Of a stretch of DNA of 12,163 nt, positions 9,459 through 12,163 are shown piece after piece. Made by a program: the position numbers and the translations under genes. This DNA comes from a bacterium (lineage in GTDB: Bacteria > SAR324 > NAC60-12), in contig CBDDTI010000518.1 in NCBI GenBank assembly GCA_965233585.1, positions 1 to 12,163 of the forward strand, read 5' to 3'. Position 1 is the first letter of the stretch. Every line of letters starts with the position of its first letter. The notes beneath the pieces are model-generated. The model did not search any database. It saw only the letters and a list, made by a program, of their open reading frames with translations, and had not been told where the DNA came from.

Positions 9459-10558
9459 AGTGGAAGAAGGCACAGGGATTCCACCAGCATGTACATCACT
9501 TGCCAGCAGGAGATGGACTTTGGCGAGGCATACAACAATGCAATGAACAGAATGCTCAACAATTACTTCTTCAAATGTTTGCCCCACGTTGAACTCGAGG
9601 CCAACCAGTGGCTTCGAGAGCATGCCATGGATTCCATTGTCTGGGCCCAAAAGATGGCTCATACCTGCTCCACCGCCACATTGACACTGAAGGTCTCGTA
9701 GCCTGTGAGCAGACTAACTTGTTTGGGTACCGAGAACCGGCGAAGTGAGGAAAAGTGTGGGTAAAGCGAGAAGTCCCATTCTTCTTGCCAGCTCTCGGTT
9801 GCAGCTCCCCATCCAAACAAGTGAGCCTGCTCGCAGGCTAAAGGTCTTGGAAGAAGATTGTCTGGAAAGTGAGGACATTCAACAAATTCTGTCCATCTCT
9901 ATTGCTGAATGAGGAAAAGCTGGCAACTATCCTTGTTCACAGCCTGAAAGCAGCAAGGAAGATGAGCCCGACAACACCTAAATCACATCAGACAGCGCAG
10001 GGGGCAGTACAAATGACAGCAAGGATGAGAATGATGTGAACAAACTTCAGCTCGAGCTCGAAAAAGTGGTACCAGATGGAATTCGACATAGGCAGCTAAG
10101 CGTGTTACTAAAGAGTGCAGAAATTCATCAGAGAAACGCCACTAGAGCCCATCAGGATGATTGTCTAGCTGGACGTCCTTGATTTCTGGTCGACTTAGGT
10201 GTGGCCAGCGAATCACAGATAAATCGACACGTGATAGATCCCGATGAGCCACTGCCATTAGCCCTAGAGTAAATGGAACGACGAGAAGAGGGAAGAGCGA
10301 ATTCAAGCGCAGAGAAAACAACAGGAGAAAGAACAAGCGAGGGAGGCATCTACCAATCCTTAGCTTATCGGAATGCAAATGGCTATGGCAGAATGTTACA
10401 GGCAGCTTGAGGGGACAGAAGACGCCAAAATGCGAGTCGTGTTGACGAGTATGCTGGAAATTAACAGCAACAAATTGCATTTGTTTCATGAGAACCAAGG
10501 AACGCACGCACGGGAAGAAGCTCTAATAGAAAGAAAACTCGGAACAAAACAGCCCTAA
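9459..10558 (+). pseudogene. Intronless decayed ORF (~310 codons), unknown protein, coiled-coil C-terminus; interrupted by a MITE
   Basis: ORF 9489-9701 continues in frame (TLKV-LEEDCLESEDIQQIL) after removing 9699-9840 plus one TSD. In-frame stops at 9910, 9979, 10180, 10270 and 10361, plus a +1 frameshift near 10291, lead into ORF 10373-10558. Visibly more GC-rich than the flanks. Confidence 0.7.
9699..9840. mobile_element. 142-bp MITE with TAG..CTA ends and 9-bp TSD (AcademH-like)
   Basis: 30-bp TIR (26/30) tagcctgtgagcagactaacttgtttgggt; TSD aaggtctcg (9690-9698)/aaggtcttg (9841-9849). The superfamily label is inferred from termini and TSD length. Confidence 0.85.
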
Positions 10559-10903
10559 ATGACCAATTTGAAAACAATGAGCTCCATTGGCAGATTAGAA
10601 CTTGAAACAAAACAGCCCTAAAGGACCAATTTGGGAACAATGTGTTCGATTTACGTATAAGAACTGGGAACAAAGCAACCCTAAATAACCAATTTGGGAA
10701 CAATGTATTCCATTTACAGATAAGAACTGGGAACAAAACAGCCCTAAGTTACCAATTTGGGAACAATATGTTTCATCTAGAGATAGAACTCGGAACAAAG
10801 CAGTCCTAAATGACCAATTTAGGAACAATGTGTTCCATTCACAGATGGGAGCTCAGACCAAAACATTCCTAAATGATCAACTTGGGAACAACGTGTTCCA
10901 TTT
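10536..10903 (+). repeat. 63-bp satellite/minisatellite, ~5.9 units before interruption
   Basis: Unit starts at 10536, 10599, 10662, 10725, 10787 and 10850; consensus approx. aactgggaacaaaacagccctaaatgaccaatttgggaacaatgtgttccatttacagataag. Confidence 0.95.
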
Positions 10904-11931
10904 AACAATTAGGCCCTGTCCACACTAACCCGTCTTCAAATGAAAACGGAGCTGTTTTGCTCCGTTTTCAAAAAGATTTGCGTCCATACTTCTTGTTTTC
11001 GTATTGTTTTCGCCCGTCCACACTACAACGCCGTAGCCGTTTTGAAAACGCTTTTATACCCTCGGTGCACATGCTCAAATGAACTCGACGCATGCACATT
11101 TCAATATGTCGGCCCGCGCAATTGGCATGAAATTGAAGTGACATGGTAGCGTCTGTCCACCATTTTAGATAGTCACGGTCAAGTGGTCTGGCGCACAGTC
11201 ATGTGTATTTTGATGACGTCACCGTTTTCAGATGGCATCGTTTTCTTCGTCCACACTAGACAACTGCGTTTTCAAAAAGCATCGTTTTCAAATTGCTCCA
11301 CCCTGGAGAGCGTTTTCGAATGGCTCCGTTTTCGGTGATTGCTTTCCGCATTGTAGTGGACGATAGCTGTATCCGGAGCAAAACAGCTCCGTTTTCATTT
11401 GAAAACAGATTAGAGTGGACAGGGCCTTAGATTATGAGCTCGAGATTTCTATGAGGTGATAGTTCATGAGGCCGAAGGCCGAATCAACTATCACCTCATA
11501 GAAATTGATAGCGAATAGTCTAATTGTTTTAGTAGAATTCTAACTGAAATTACTACTGAAATTAACGCAAATAACGGTTTCGAATGATTTTTCCATGCAT
11601 TATTGAACCTTGCCCTTTAACAAAGTTACACGTATCGAACTGTCCTTGGCAAATTTGCAGTTGTTTAAGCACATTTTCAATATTTAACCACTTTTTCAAT
11701 ATTTTCAAGTCTTTAAAGTAACTGAGACCGTAAATGTGCTTCTTTTAGTCTTCTCCGGAATTTAATTACCCGTTTACATTTAAAATTCCTTCCAAAACAT
11801 GGAAGAACTATAAAAACATCGCATTTCGTGGACGACTGGCAGCCATTGCACTCTAATGGCTGATAGTATACGAGTGGCTCGACCAATCAGATTGCAGCAT
11901 TTGCATTAGTATACTAGTAGAATTCTACTAA
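10904..11931 (-). mobile_element. Asymmetric hairpin element (Crypton-like by inference) inserted in the satellite and split by a Harbinger MITE
   Basis: Palindrome 10904-10911 + 11430-11528 (perfect 20-bp stem 11445-11464/11486-11505, centre ggccgaaggcc). Perfect 14-bp IR 11529-11542/11918-11931; ccaatcag at 11883-11890. The satellite resumes at 11932. Confidence 0.75.
10912..11426. mobile_element. PIF/Harbinger-type MITE (515 bp)
   Basis: 53-bp TIR 10912-10964/11374-11426 (49/53), GGC..GCC ends; TTA TSD at 10909-10911 and 11427-11429; repeated internal cgtccacac and cgttttc motifs. Confidence 0.9.
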
Positions 11932-11966
11932 TTACAGATAGGAACTTGGAACAAAACAGTCCTAAT
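11932..11966 (+). repeat. Continuation of the 63-bp satellite
   Basis: ttacagataggaacttggaacaaaacagtcctaat resumes the unit in the register where it stopped at 10903. Confidence 0.85.
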
Positions 11967-11970
11967 TTAA

Positions 11971-12163
11971 GGACGTTCGCGCCCAAAAGTTCCCACGTAC
12001 AGATTTTTTTAAAACTTTGACTGTAGGTAGAAAATGAAAAAATTAGATTAAAAATGTAAAAAAAACAACCAGGGTCACCGAACTCGTTTTGAAGATAAGG
12101 CGTATCAAAGACCATAGCATTTCTAGGATTTCCAGTCACTCGAGGCGATTCTGGCCGGATTCA
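11971..12163. mobile_element. Second copy of the Kolobok-like MITE (truncated by the window end)
   Basis: TTAA at 11967-11970; collinear with 2816-3005 in the same orientation, with many CpG/TpG-type differences. Confidence 0.85.

Noticed and set aside
10142..10507. 121-aa minus-strand ORF
   Set aside because: Antisense shadow of the plus-strand pseudogene's charged coiled-coil region.
10536..10903. 63-bp periodic array as a CRISPR array or a 21-aa repeat protein (ORFs 10461-10736, 10595-10828)
   Set aside because: The whole unit is repeated with no unique spacers, there are no cas genes, and the context is eukaryotic. The ORFs are by-products of a unit length divisible by 3 and are broken by a 62-bp unit.

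Overview
AT-rich eukaryotic genomic DNA, not prokaryotic. The repeat repertoire suggests a marine invertebrate, probably a cnidarian such as a stony coral (inference). There is no intact long ORF, RNA gene or CRISPR array. The window reads as the transposon-filled introns of a minus-strand host gene, with two well-formed phase-0 exons at 5597-5671 and 4707-4862 encoding a Lys/Glu-rich coiled-coil peptide. Elements with recognisable ends are: a 2.9-kb Sola3-like foldback (GAG..CTC, TTAA TSD, about 1-kb TIRs) with a nested Kolobok-like MITE and a second copy of that MITE at the window end; a Tc1/pogo-type MITE; an AcademH-like MITE with a 9-bp TSD; and a PIF/Harbinger MITE. Also present are two Penelope-like retroelement relics, a 63-bp satellite, and three to four sequence-unrelated elements sharing one asymmetric design (short IR, CCAAT box, inverted short IR, long terminal palindrome; probably non-autonomous Crypton-type). 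The least explained items are a roughly 310-codon intronless pseudogene of unrecognised family (9459-10558) that appears only after removing a MITE, and frequent TA-x-TA micro-insertions resembling transposon excision footprints. I see no solid evidence for a complete novel system; the findings are candidates.
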